DNA from: a virus
Taxonomy: Duplodnaviria > Caudoviricetes
IMG/VR virus record: IMGVR_UViG_3300033513_000009
Location: 1 to 53,865 of that record
Reading direction: 5' to 3' (one strand)
Length of the DNA stretch: 53,865 nucleotides
Part shown: in pieces, positions 1-9,338 of the stretch
Layout of the letters: the number at the start of each line of letters is the position of its first letter
Position numbering within the stretch: the stretch's first letter is position 1
Position numbers and translations under genes: made by a program
The notes under the pieces: generated by a model
Databases searched by the model: none
What the model saw: only the letters and a program-made list of their open reading frames with translations
What the model was told of the DNA's origin: nothing

Positions 1-284
1 GCACCACTAAGTCCACCCGAGAACTCCATATGTGCACCTAATAGTGTGTTGGAAATGTTAGTTCCAAAAATGGTATAGCTGTAACTCTCCCCGACCACAT
101 TGAAGGAGGTATTCGTATTATCACCCTCCCATACTGGGAAACCAACCTTAGCTGATACACCCGTATTAGATACACCACCAACACCAAGTGTTGCGACACC
201 AACTGCTACTGTCGTAGCCATAGCATTTGTTGACAGAACTATCGCTGTTACAAGCGACATAACAAAAAACATTACTTTCCTCAT
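1..284 (-). CDS. Exported, possibly outer-membrane beta-barrel protein (partial, runs off window start)
   Basis: Manual translation from ATG 284: MRKVMFFVMSLVTAIVLSTNAMA-TTVAVGVATLGVGG... Sec signal peptide with A-x-A, then alternating beta-like sequence; own promoter upstream. Confidence 0.6.
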   Translation of the reverse strand, partial: MRKVMFFVMSLVTAIVLSTNAMATTVAVGVATLGVGGVSNTGVSAKVGFPVWEGDNTNTSFNVVGESYSYTIFGTNISNTLLGAHMEFSGGLSG

Positions 285-315
285 TTCATTTCTCTCTTAA
301 TTTTATTTCTCTACC

Positions 316-385
316 ATTGTAACATAAGAGAGGTAATTTGTCAAGCATATTTTTATTTGACAAATTATTATTGATAGGATATAAT
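316..385. promoter_or_regulatory. Divergent pair of sigma70-type promoters
   Basis: Minus: TTGACA(344-339)-17-TACAAT(321-316); plus: TTGACA(357-362)-17-TATAAT(380-385). Confidence 0.8.
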
Positions 386-410
386 AAAATAAAGTACAAC
401 TGGAGAGAAA

Positions 411-668
411 ATGTCTAATATCCTTAATTGCCTAGATATGGGTTTCTGCCCTAAGCTTTCTTACTACCAAAAACAAAAAGTGATGAAATTTTACCTAACA
501 AATATTCCAGAATTAAGCAAGGAGGATTTTCATAAAGATAGTCAGGAGAAATTAAAACAGCTAGGGATTAGGGCTTATTTCATTTCAACTTTTTCTTACT
601 GGGATTCCAGATTTGTGGTTGAAAAAAATGGAATTATTGTGAATCAGCTATATCTATGGGTTCATTGA
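411..668 (+). CDS. Hypothetical protein
   Basis: GGAGAG RBS and consensus promoter upstream. Confidence 0.6.
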   Translation: MSNILNCLDMGFCPKLSYYQKQKVMKFYLTNIPELSKEDFHKDSQEKLKQLGIRAYFISTFSYWDSRFVVEKNGIIVNQLYLWVH

Positions 669-676
669 GCATATTT

Positions 677-1105
677 TTAAGATTGGCTTGGGCGGTACAT
701 TGTTTCCATGAATTTATAGGTTTTGTTCTTGCCCTTATTCTCTATAAAATCAAATCGTTTATAGAATTCCTTTAATCTTGTTTTACTTCCTCCAAAATCA
801 GAAGAAGGAGAGAGCTTGACTGTATAGCCCATTTTGTCAGCATGTTCCACTAAATCTTCCATGAATTTAGTTCCAAGTCCCTTATTGCGTTCTTTCTTGG
901 GGATAATAATAGAGCTCAATGTAAGCATTTTGGTTGAATCATTTTGACCAATAAAAAAATCAATATTGGGATATTTGGCGGTAAGTATTTCATCAACCTG
1001 AGTTATATGGTCTTTACTAGCATTATCATTTCCTATCGGGGCTCCTTTTTGTAGTTCCGAAAGAGTATTAATTATTTTGTCAAGTTTTGCTATTAATAAT
1101 TCCAA
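677..1105 (-). CDS. GNAT-family acetyltransferase with shared leader
   Basis: Acetyl-CoA motif ERNKGLGTKFM and LKEFYKRFDF; N-terminus LDKIINTLSELQK-GAPIGNDNA. Confidence 0.8.
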   Translation of the reverse strand: MELLIAKLDKIINTLSELQKGAPIGNDNASKDHITQVDEILTAKYPNIDFFIGQNDSTKMLTLSSIIIPKKERNKGLGTKFMEDLVEHADKMGYTVKLSPSSDFGGSKTRLKEFYKRFDFIENKGKNKTYKFMETMYRPSQS

Positions 1106-1578
1106 AAAGATTTTCCACCGTCTGTACTGAATTTGATATTTTTAACTCCCAAATTTTCCAATACTTTTCTTTGACGATTCTTTAATTCATTTCTATCGCT
1201 TAATTCTGATGGTATGATACTTACCGCCCTTAAGCCATCAGAGGTTGCCCTAATAGAGAGATGCTGATATTTTCCCTTAAATTCGGAACTATTAGCTGTG
1301 AAATTAACCTCGTTTTCCCCATGTGTGCTGGATATTCCGCTTTTCCCTACATATACCGCATTGTGACCCATTAAACTAACAATAGTTGCTTTGTCAATAG
1401 GCTTCCCAATAATAGTACCTAATTTTTCTAGTGATTTTGAATCAATATTCTTGGTATTAACCACCTCACTTGCAATCACCGCTTCTTTCTTGGGATTTTT
1501 GCCACTACCAGCAGGATACCTGCCTGAACCTTCGCCGCCCTTTGCTAGTTCCAAATTATCTATTATTTTGTTTATCAT
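1093..1578 (-). CDS. Leader-bearing hypothetical (putative capsid cargo)
   Basis: MINKIIDNLELAK-GGEGSGRYPAGSG; overlaps neighbouring genes. Confidence 0.75.
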   Translation of the reverse strand: MINKIIDNLELAKGGEGSGRYPAGSGKNPKKEAVIASEVVNTKNIDSKSLEKLGTIIGKPIDKATIVSLMGHNAVYVGKSGISSTHGENEVNFTANSSEFKGKYQHLSIRATSDGLRAVSIIPSELSDRNELKNRQRKVLENLGVKNIKFSTDGGKSFWNY

Positions 1579-2318
1579 CTTGCTATCCCATAAAGTTCTT
1601 CTATCTTATCACTATCAACCCCATTTGCTTCGTAAAGCTGTTCAATCTCATCCCAGTTCTCATCCACATCATCCTGTAGTTCCGAATCGAATCTACACAT
1701 CCTAATTAATGTATCTATTTCTAGTTGCCCTGAAGCTATCTCATCTAACAAATCATCACCCGTATCAAATTTAGCAAGCATCCCAATTAATTTATTATTA
1801 GTTTCCTTGCGAGTATTATCATCCAAATTTTTGTTCTGCCATTTCAAAGCCTCAATTAGGTCTTTTTTGTCATTGGCATAGTTCTTTATTTTATCAAAAT
1901 TTCTATAAGTATCCCATTGTGTTAATAGGTCTTTTTTATCATTCCAGTCTTTTATATTTTTTAGTTTTGACTGAATATTATTGATTTCCTTGTTTACAAA
2001 TTCGGTAACATGTTTAATAGGGGCATTAGTGAATGCTAATTGCCCCATTTTTTTTGACCCATAGTTAGAAGCAAATGCTTGTTCTATTAATGAAGGTAAA
2101 CCACTTTGGTGAGCCATAACCCATTGATTACCATGGAAGGAATGACCCACTAAATCACCCTTATGAAGGAAGAAGATAATATCATCCAACTTCCTCATTT
2201 TGCGCGCTGAAGACAGGGCGATAGCGATAGCTTGCCTATGCGGATATTTTCCACTCCTCATAAGCTCTCTGATATTTTCAGAGATAACTTCCTTGCTACT
2301 ACCCTGTATCAACGGCAC
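1575..2318 (-). CDS. Putative head-associated protein with internal leader
   Basis: Phage-type N-terminus MPL..GSSKEVISENIRELM..QAIAIALS, then KLDDIIFFLHK-GDLVGHSFHGNQW. Confidence 0.7.
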   Translation of the reverse strand: MPLIQGSSKEVISENIRELMRSGKYPHRQAIAIALSSARKMRKLDDIIFFLHKGDLVGHSFHGNQWVMAHQSGLPSLIEQAFASNYGSKKMGQLAFTNAPIKHVTEFVNKEINNIQSKLKNIKDWNDKKDLLTQWDTYRNFDKIKNYANDKKDLIEALKWQNKNLDDNTRKETNNKLIGMLAKFDTGDDLLDEIASGQLEIDTLIRMCRFDSELQDDVDENWDEIEQLYEANGVDSDKIEELYGIAR

Positions 2319-3022
2319 TATCTAACGCGCCTAGCCCTTAGTATTCCAGCCCCGCCGATAGTACCAGCAGAGAACGCTGCACGACCAATCAGATATACTG
2401 TGGTTGTAGCCGCTAAACTCAATCTAACGGTTGGGGTATTCTGCGTGTAATTATCTGTATGGGTTGTCAATACAACAGGAATAGACATATATGTGTCCTG
2501 AGCCCCTAGTGTAGCAGTAGTTGTGGAAATACCAGCCGCCCAATCAGTTGTTGTCGCACCAGTGAGTACGAAATCAGCTATACCATCAACATCCCAGTCC
2601 CCCGCAGTCAGAGAAATGCTTGTTAAGTTAGCGGCAGTAGCTGTAGTTAGAGCTACTGGAGATGCTATCAGTACTTGAGCCGATACATACTCACCCAGCG
2701 TACCAGCAACGGCGTTATCATTAGTTCCCGTACCAACAATGAGTCCACTGGTTGAAGCTTCGGAACTAACAGAAGCACCATCACTAATAAGTCTAACTGT
2801 AGCGCCATTTGGAATAACTACCCCAGCGGCAGAAGCTGTTTTAACAGTAACAGTAAACCCACCTGCAACAACATTGTTTGTTACAAGAAATTCGTTAGGT
2901 ACTGATGGGACTATAACATTTATGTTAGCCGTTAAAACACCAGTAAACCTTAACCTATCATAAGCAAAATCACTTTCTGATACCGTGTAGCTTGTACCAG
3001 ACAAATAAATATTTGTATCCAT
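2318..3022 (-). CDS. Tail fibre-related structural protein
   Basis: Thr/Ala/Val-rich; LRFTGVLTANINVIVP module shared with the fibres at 7381-11254. Confidence 0.65.
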   Translation of the reverse strand: MDTNIYLSGTSYTVSESDFAYDRLRFTGVLTANINVIVPSVPNEFLVTNNVVAGGFTVTVKTASAAGVVIPNGATVRLISDGASVSSEASTSGLIVGTGTNDNAVAGTLGEYVSAQVLIASPVALTTATAANLTSISLTAGDWDVDGIADFVLTGATTTDWAAGISTTTATLGAQDTYMSIPVVLTTHTDNYTQNTPTVRLSLAATTTVYLIGRAAFSAGTIGGAGILRARRVR

Positions 3023-3069
3023 TTCTTTCCTTTTTTAATTTATCGTTCCTTCTTATTATAAGGGATAAA

Positions 3070-3774
3070 TTAGTCTTGAATAGATAAAATATGTTGTTGT
3101 GAAAATGATTTCTTGCAAAAATCGTAGGGGTAGATTACATGACATCCGTCGTATTCGCCTTTCTCATTTGGAAGATAGAATTTTGTGGCATTCCCAAAAC
3201 TATCATTCATTACGAATCCAACATCATTATAACCTATGACCCCATTAACATGTACAATAGTATCGCTTGTTCCGTTCGGACGTTTTCTGAAATAAAATCC
3301 AGCAGTAATGACAGGTATGTTCTTATCTATGCTTGCTTTGATTTGTTCAAAATTCACACCCTGAGTAAATGTGTCTTTAAGACCCAATTTTTCAAGATAC
3401 CATTTTAGCACAAAGGGATTATTCCTTGGTTTAATACAATCCTGCTGTAGTTTTTCATTTGTATTAAATGGAGCTAAGTACAGTGTCCACTTTTTCAAGT
3501 CATCATCCGATAGGGATTTGATTCTATTTGCCACTATACTATCAGGCATAGTTATGAAATGAGTATTCCACGCCTCTCGTGTAGCCAATTGCTGTGACAC
3601 ATAATCATCTAGCTGACCCACTCCATCCCATCCACAAAATTTATGAATATCTAATTTGAAATATTCACAAATCCATTGAATCACCATGGCTATTGTAGTC
3701 GCTTGACAAGTACCGAAAGGAGCGTCTTCGTTGTTCCTTTGATTATGCCATACTGCATTTAATGCTTTTTCCAT
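3070..3774 (-). CDS. C39-like cysteine peptidase, candidate endolysin
   Basis: TCQATTIAM (Cys), HVNGVIGY (His), NDSFG (Asp); next to holin-like genes. Confidence 0.7.
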   Translation of the reverse strand: MEKALNAVWHNQRNNEDAPFGTCQATTIAMVIQWICEYFKLDIHKFCGWDGVGQLDDYVSQQLATREAWNTHFITMPDSIVANRIKSLSDDDLKKWTLYLAPFNTNEKLQQDCIKPRNNPFVLKWYLEKLGLKDTFTQGVNFEQIKASIDKNIPVITAGFYFRKRPNGTSDTIVHVNGVIGYNDVGFVMNDSFGNATKFYLPNEKGEYDGCHVIYPYDFCKKSFSQQHILSIQD

Positions 3775-4247
3775 TATGCCTTATTAAATACTACTTTCTT
3801 CCCTTGAATTAAATCATCTAAATGAGACCTTATCTGATAATGGGGGTCATGGTAAACATCTTCAAGTTTTTCTTTATCTTTTTTCTCATCATAGCTCGTG
3901 CGGGTAAATCCCGGAGCTTCCGTTAGTCCTGCTCCCTCGTTGCCTAAATCAGTAGAGTACCTTAAATCACTGTTTGAACTATGTTGCTCCATAATATCTG
4001 CCATAATCTCATCATGGGATTTGCCCGATTCCATTGCTTCCTTAGCTTCTTGGATTCCTTCTGGGCTGAGTTGTAATTCAACTCTATTGCCGTATTCGTG
4101 AACAGAGGCATTGTTACTATTCCAGCTTTGAACTGGTTTGTCACCCCTTGCTTCTTTCTTTGGATTTTTGCCACTACCGGCGGGATAGCGACCCGAACCT
4201 ACTCCACCCTTTGCTAGTTCCAAATCAGCTATTATCTTGTTTATCAT
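3774..4247 (-). CDS. Leader-bearing hypothetical (putative capsid cargo)
   Basis: MINKIIADLELAK-GGVGSGRYPAGSGKNPKKEA, nearly identical to the first 33 aa of 1093-1578, with an unrelated C-terminus. Confidence 0.75.
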   Translation of the reverse strand: MINKIIADLELAKGGVGSGRYPAGSGKNPKKEARGDKPVQSWNSNNASVHEYGNRVELQLSPEGIQEAKEAMESGKSHDEIMADIMEQHSSNSDLRYSTDLGNEGAGLTEAPGFTRTSYDEKKDKEKLEDVYHDPHYQIRSHLDDLIQGKKVVFNKA

Positions 4248-4255
4248 CTTGTCCT

Positions 4256-4735
4256 CTATAAATTCGCCACATTATCTGTGTAATCAATTTCAACCTTAAA
4301 TATTACCAATCCCAAATCATTGTCTAAGCTATCACCCTGACTTTGCGCCACTATTTGAATATCATTACATAATTCATTTAGTCTTGGATAAGCATGTATA
4401 CATTGTGTTATATCTGCCGCTAAATTATTTACAAGTGTGGGCGATTGCCATCTTCTGTTATTGGTGTCAAATACCCCACTCCCGTGACCCCTTACGTAGC
4501 CATAAATTGTTTTCTGGTACTTGTTTCGCATAGCTCCGAAGTTGATAAAAACAGGTCTTTCAGGAGCAAACTCACTAAGAACCTGAATAGCTGGCAGGTT
4601 ATCTTCCGGTATTTGAAATAAACCATAACCGTCCCTAGTGGTAAATTTTATATCGGTCTTAAAGCCATTGGATATTCTTATAGTTCCAAGTATCCTTACC
4701 AACTCTAAATCAATTAGCTCTCTTTTTGCACTCAT
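4256..4735 (-). CDS. Putative tail terminator/completion protein
   Basis: KRELI..L.TIRISNGFKTD N-terminus and ..VEIDY C-terminus typical of tail terminators; 159 aa. Confidence 0.55.
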   Translation of the reverse strand: MSAKRELIDLELVRILGTIRISNGFKTDIKFTTRDGYGLFQIPEDNLPAIQVLSEFAPERPVFINFGAMRNKYQKTIYGYVRGHGSGVFDTNNRRWQSPTLVNNLAADITQCIHAYPRLNELCNDIQIVAQSQGDSLDNDLGLVIFKVEIDYTDNVANL

Positions 4736-5148
4736 TATTTATTGGTATAATCTGGCTGTACCACTGAATCTGCTGGAGGTACATCAGCTATTTTAAATAT
4801 CTTTTTAATGAGATTTCTAAACAATGCTTTTAATAGCTTCTCTTCTGGGTCAAGATTTATATAAATTGTATAAAGAACTACGACCATAAAACCCAGTACC
4901 CATCCACCATTATAACCATGATGTAGGTATTGCTGGGTGAAGAGATATACTCCCCCTTCCGCTAAAAGACCATTTATAATTAGTGCTATCAGTGTTAAAG
5001 CTGATTTGGGAAATTGCCTAATAAATGGAATTATTTTTAATGAATCCATTATTAATATTGTTGCGAAACCAGTCGAAAGCCCTATCCCCGCTATAGACCA
5101 AAATACTATATTATTAGTTAGTGTTACTATCGCTAAATTTAAATCCAT
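4735..5148 (-). CDS. Holin-like membrane protein
   Basis: Three hydrophobic segments and a basic C-terminal part; lysis context. Confidence 0.55.
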   Translation of the reverse strand: MDLNLAIVTLTNNIVFWSIAGIGLSTGFATILIMDSLKIIPFIRQFPKSALTLIALIINGLLAEGGVYLFTQQYLHHGYNGGWVLGFMVVVLYTIYINLDPEEKLLKALFRNLIKKIFKIADVPPADSVVQPDYTNK

Positions 5149-5150
5149 AA

Positions 5151-5573
5151 TTATTTCCCCTCGTGTTGTGTTGTTGTTTTATTATCTGTACCCCAATGCG
5201 TATAAACCTGTCCATATCCCCAAATCATTCCCCCAACTATAGCGACCCCTATTAAAGCCCATATGCCGTTAATCATTTTTTCGTAAAGAGGAAAGTATTT
5301 TGTTCTTTCATCAACCTTACCCGTCCTTTCCTCGACATCCTTGAGAGTTTTTTCCATCAGTAATTTTGTTTTTTCTGTTGATTCTAGCGATTCCAGTTTC
5401 TTAAAAACTCTTTCAAATGTATTGTGATGGTATTCTAATTGCCTCACTAAATCATGTTGGATTTTTGTCAGTTCCTGTAAATTTTGGGTTAAAATAGGGA
5501 GATTATCACTTATAGCATCAACTTTTTCCTCTATTTTGGCAACCTTAAGCTTTAACTCAAAACTATCATCCAT
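5151..5573 (-). CDS. Coiled-coil protein with C-terminal TM (holin/antiholin-like)
   Basis: Heptad-rich region followed by IWALIGVAIVGGMIWG. Confidence 0.55.
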   Translation of the reverse strand: MDDSFELKLKVAKIEEKVDAISDNLPILTQNLQELTKIQHDLVRQLEYHHNTFERVFKKLESLESTEKTKLLMEKTLKDVEERTGKVDERTKYFPLYEKMINGIWALIGVAIVGGMIWGYGQVYTHWGTDNKTTTQHEGK

Positions 5574-5660
5574 TCCTTCTCTCCAAAATTACTAATATTA
5601 TTATAACTAATAAATTGAACTTAAATCCAAAATCTTTAATTGTCAATAATGTACATCAAA

Positions 5661-6259
5661 TTACCAAATCACCGCCTGAATGCCAGCCACTGTCGTACAA
5701 GCATTCACTTGTGCAACCCTTGTAGCATAATTCATTCTTAATGCTTCTATTCTAATCCTGTTCGTTTCGCCTACTGCTTTAATTGTGTAGCGTTATGAGC
5801 AACATAAACCCACTTACTTGTACTGTCTAAGCACATTATATTAAATGTGCCAGCAGGATTATTTAATGCTCCAGTACATTGAACGTCAAGGTTAAATTGG
5901 TCAATAGGGAACTTAGAGGGATATGTGTAGTTAGTGCCCAACGCATTCGAGATGAAATCAGATTGGCACATAGCAGAGCAGGTACTGCCTAATTCTGAGA
6001 TTTTCTTCTGCCCCTCCTGAGCAAGCTGATACGCGTCTATCTCGGTTTGGGTGCCAGCCAGTGCAAACGATATAAGTATCATCCATGATGCTGATGGTGT
6101 CGGTATCGCCACAATGTCTTTAATTGCCTGCATAATGTACATCGTCAGTAGTATAGCGAATAGCATTACCAGTAGAACTACTCCCAGCATGTACGGGTTA
6201 TTTTGGCATATTGATATTAGTTCAATCATTTGAAGTCTTATCATTTCTCTTCTCTCCAA
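5661..6259 (-). pseudogene. Frameshifted DUF4376-like tail fibre assembly gene fused to a TM N-terminus
   Basis: GTQTEIDAYQL matches ATQAEIDAYQL of 6938-7381; after the stop at 5771 another frame continues VGETNR...VNACTTVAGIQAVIW* to 5661, like VNNATTILDVQKVVW. Confidence 0.7.
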
Positions 6260-6486
6260 GTTTATTTATTATCATAAAGTCAACCTAATAAATTATCATA
6301 GCGCATCCCGTTATTAGCATCCACACTTGCATTTAGCACCTCAATATTTTTGAATTATTTATCATTTATTAATTATATCATTTATCATGTGTTATAATAT
6401 TAACCTGATATGGATTTTCATAAATTAAAATCAGGGTACGAGATGAAGCGTACGTGTTTTGTAAACGCCCTTGATGCAATACTACA

Positions 6487-6918
6487 TCAGGGGTTTATTT
6501 TTGCAAACAAAATAATTAAAGGGTATAGCTTATCAAAAATCACATACCCTGCCGTACCGATAAATCCAATCGCAGCCCAGTGCCTCTTGATAAAAGCTAT
6601 AAACCCGTCTCTCTCCTTCCTATCCTGTAACACATCCCTGATTATTTTAGTATTCTCAGGGGTAAGCACGTTTGATAGTTTCTCCACAGCCTGTGCTAAT
6701 TTACTAATCGCCTCTTCCATACGATTATCGTTCTTGTGCATGGTGGCATGCTCTTCTTCATTTTTCCTATGCTTCTTTTCATTCTTTTGGACATACTCAA
6801 CTACCTCTTTTTCTGCGATATTGAAGCGACTTGTAATCTTGTTCATGTCGTTCCTAAGTGAAGATAACATAGGCTTAATATCCTCGTCAGCTATGTGCGA
6901 TGGCTGTAGTTCCGTCAT
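6487..6918 (-). CDS. Coiled-coil plus C-terminal TM protein (lysis-associated?)
   Basis: Heptads then WAAIGFIGTAGYVIF. Confidence 0.55.
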   Translation of the reverse strand: MTELQPSHIADEDIKPMLSSLRNDMNKITSRFNIAEKEVVEYVQKNEKKHRKNEEEHATMHKNDNRMEEAISKLAQAVEKLSNVLTPENTKIIRDVLQDRKERDGFIAFIKRHWAAIGFIGTAGYVIFDKLYPLIILFAKINP

Positions 6919-6937
6919 AATCGTCCTTGTTCATATT

Positions 6938-7381
6938 TTACCATACTACCTTTTGAACATCCAATATCGTAGTCGCATTATTCACAGCAGCCTTTTGAGT
7001 TTGCAGATGCTGAAACGCCGCAAAGAACTGCCCAGCACCAGTAGCAAGCAAATTTTGTAGGTCTACATAAGTCATAGGGATGGGATTGTTAAAGCTATCC
7101 GTCCAAAAGAAACCCGCTGGTAATGTAGTCGCCGTCCATGCGGCGAGGGTTGAGAGTAACCTTGCCCTACTCTCCTCATCGGCTTGGAATGTCGTGCCCT
7201 TAAAGGCTACTAGCCCGTAGGCTTGATTATTGAAACCCTGTTTAAGTAGTTCTATTTGTTCGGTCTTTGCTTTATCGAGTTGGTAGGCATCTATCTCGGC
7301 TTGAGTAGCTTCACGGTCGCCTACTTGCCCGCCATTTATACCTATATAAATTTGTCCATTTTTATCTATAAAATATTGCAT
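6938..7381 (-). CDS. DUF4376-like tail fibre assembly protein
   Basis: FQADEESR, FFWTDSFNNPIPMT and terminal W; directly downstream of a fibre gene. Confidence 0.75.
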   Translation of the reverse strand: MQYFIDKNGQIYIGINGGQVGDREATQAEIDAYQLDKAKTEQIELLKQGFNNQAYGLVAFKGTTFQADEESRARLLSTLAAWTATTLPAGFFWTDSFNNPIPMTYVDLQNLLATGAGQFFAAFQHLQTQKAAVNNATTILDVQKVVW

Positions 7382-8928
7382 TAGAAACCTCTATTTATCA
7401 TAAATTCCATGCCCCAATTAGCGACAGTAAAACCAGCGAGACTACTACTGTCTATTCGAACCACACCAATACCCCCATGAGTTCTGAATGAAGCAACATT
7501 ATTAGTTACGCCGGATGCTATGCCGTACCAGTTTGTTCCCGTTCCGGCGTTACCATCTTGTGTATCATATGCCCTCTGTCCAATAGTATAACCAAGTTCG
7601 GCCGTTTTGCAATATAGCCATTTGCGGGTGATGCAAAATTCAGGAGAAATGCCCATATTTGTATTAAGTGTATAGTTAGTATTAGCCGCTAATGTTGCTA
7701 TGTCGCCATAATACCTCCCCTGCAACGCATAAGCAACCGTGCTTGTTATTGTCGTAGCACCTGCGACGCATTCGCCAATTATAACATGATTTACAGCGGG
7801 AGCACTTGTGCCATTCCCTAAGAACATTGTCATTTGTTGAATATTGAACGTATATTGTCCATTCGTTACCGCAGGTGTGCCACCCCACTGATAGATTGGT
7901 GCTAAAGTTACAGGGGTTTGTGCTGTTAAAACCCCACCCAGAGCTACTGCAACAGGTAAGTAATTTGTACCACTTGAAGCCCCACATGTCCAAGAAAGGC
8001 TATTTGTTGTAGTTCTACCTATTACATCAGCACTTCGTTGAGATGCTGTCATCTCCAAGTAGTCTGTACCAGTCACGTTTTGAATTGTTAGCACTAATGA
8101 AGCTGAAGTTGCGGGAAGAAAGGTTGGTAAACCAGCAGTATCAACAGGACTATACAAAACAGTCTGTCGAACTGGTACTATAACCGCCTCTACATTGGTT
8201 GTATTAAGACCATCATCACTGGCAGTAATATTGACTCCCCTAAAATTCAAATTAGCACGAGATGGGAGTATAGTCGTTTCTTCCTGAATAATATGACCGC
8301 CGCCCCCCGCTCCTGAAGCCGTGACTGGTTCCACCAAAGTTCCTGTTGTATAAAGTATTACACGAGTTCCCTGACCCACCACAACCCCTGCTGTAGCATT
8401 GTGTTTTACTGTTATAGAGAAAGCACCAGTAGTTCCGTTATCAACTATAAATGTTTGAGGAATACCATCAGGAATAATCACATTAATGTTAGCAGTTAGC
8501 GTACCTGTTATATCAAAGGAATTATTGTTAAACTGATTGGTTGTTAAGACAATATCAGTCCCCCCTCCTACAAGGGCTAGATTGCCACGAGGTGCTTTTG
8601 AGGCTGTTGCATCTTCAAGATTGAAATTAGTACTATCATAATAAACTTGCTGTGCTCCAATAGAGGAAAGGGCAAAAGGGACTGTCCCCCTACCCATGAC
8701 TGAAACAGTAAATCCCCCAGTAGTTGCATTGTCTATAACAAAAGTATTACCTACTGCACTTGCGGGAAAATAAAGTGTAGTATTTCCCGTTAATGCTCCA
8801 GTGAGTTTCAGTAGGTGTTGCTTAACCTGAGTATCACTCAAAAATACGGAGCCCGACATCCCCGCAAGGTTTATCTCAATGGAACCACTCTGCTGAATAT
8901 CATCCAAATAATTAAATGGATTTGACAT
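7381..8928 (-). CDS. Tail fibre protein
   Basis: 515 aa, T/G/A-rich, two LTG.LT.N modules; followed by a chaperone. Confidence 0.75.
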   Translation of the reverse strand: MSNPFNYLDDIQQSGSIEINLAGMSGSVFLSDTQVKQHLLKLTGALTGNTTLYFPASAVGNTFVIDNATTGGFTVSVMGRGTVPFALSSIGAQQVYYDSTNFNLEDATASKAPRGNLALVGGGTDIVLTTNQFNNNSFDITGTLTANINVIIPDGIPQTFIVDNGTTGAFSITVKHNATAGVVVGQGTRVILYTTGTLVEPVTASGAGGGGHIIQEETTILPSRANLNFRGVNITASDDGLNTTNVEAVIVPVRQTVLYSPVDTAGLPTFLPATSASLVLTIQNVTGTDYLEMTASQRSADVIGRTTTNSLSWTCGASSGTNYLPVAVALGGVLTAQTPVTLAPIYQWGGTPAVTNGQYTFNIQQMTMFLGNGTSAPAVNHVIIGECVAGATTITSTVAYALQGRYYGDIATLAANTNYTLNTNMGISPEFCITRKWLYCKTAELGYTIGQRAYDTQDGNAGTGTNWYGIASGVTNNVASFRTHGGIGVVRIDSSSLAGFTVANWGMEFMINRGF

Positions 8929-9338
8929 TAATAGTCTCCACCGTATCCCGTTAGTGCTAAAGGAGCGGCTACGGTAGTTCCAATTGTGCAGTTCGCCTTA
9001 TATCCCGCTGGTAAATTCAGGTTAAGGGGAACTACCATATCTATCTGGGCGGCTACTTCAGTCAATGTAGCGGCTGGAACAGAATACTCCATAAATAGTG
9101 TGTTATTTGCTGGGGTAGCATTGGTTAGCCCATTGTTGATAAATATACGAAGCACTGTTGCCACCGAGGTTCCAGTGTGTCTTATTTTGATGCTATCAAT
9201 TCTTGAACCATTAACCCCTGCTGTGTAAACCGTTACAACAGTACCGGTACCATCTTTGGCAGTATTAGCAGTAGTTATAGTTTGCCCAGTTGTTACAACT
9301 GGTGTTAGTGCGAAAATAGGTGTAGTATTAGCTGGCAT
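8928..9338 (-). CDS. Tail-associated structural protein
   Basis: Beta-rich; translationally coupled between fibre genes. Confidence 0.6.
   Translation of the reverse strand: MPANTTPIFALTPVVTTGQTITTANTAKDGTGTVVTVYTAGVNGSRIDSIKIRHTGTSVATVLRIFINNGLTNATPANNTLFMEYSVPAATLTEVAAQIDMVVPLNLNLPAGYKANCTIGTTVAAPLALTGYGGDY

Noticed and set aside
6410-7060. 216-aa plus-strand ORF and similar antisense ORFs (17414, 23169, 1391, 33015)
   Set aside because: Antisense shadows of well-supported minus-strand genes, with no motifs
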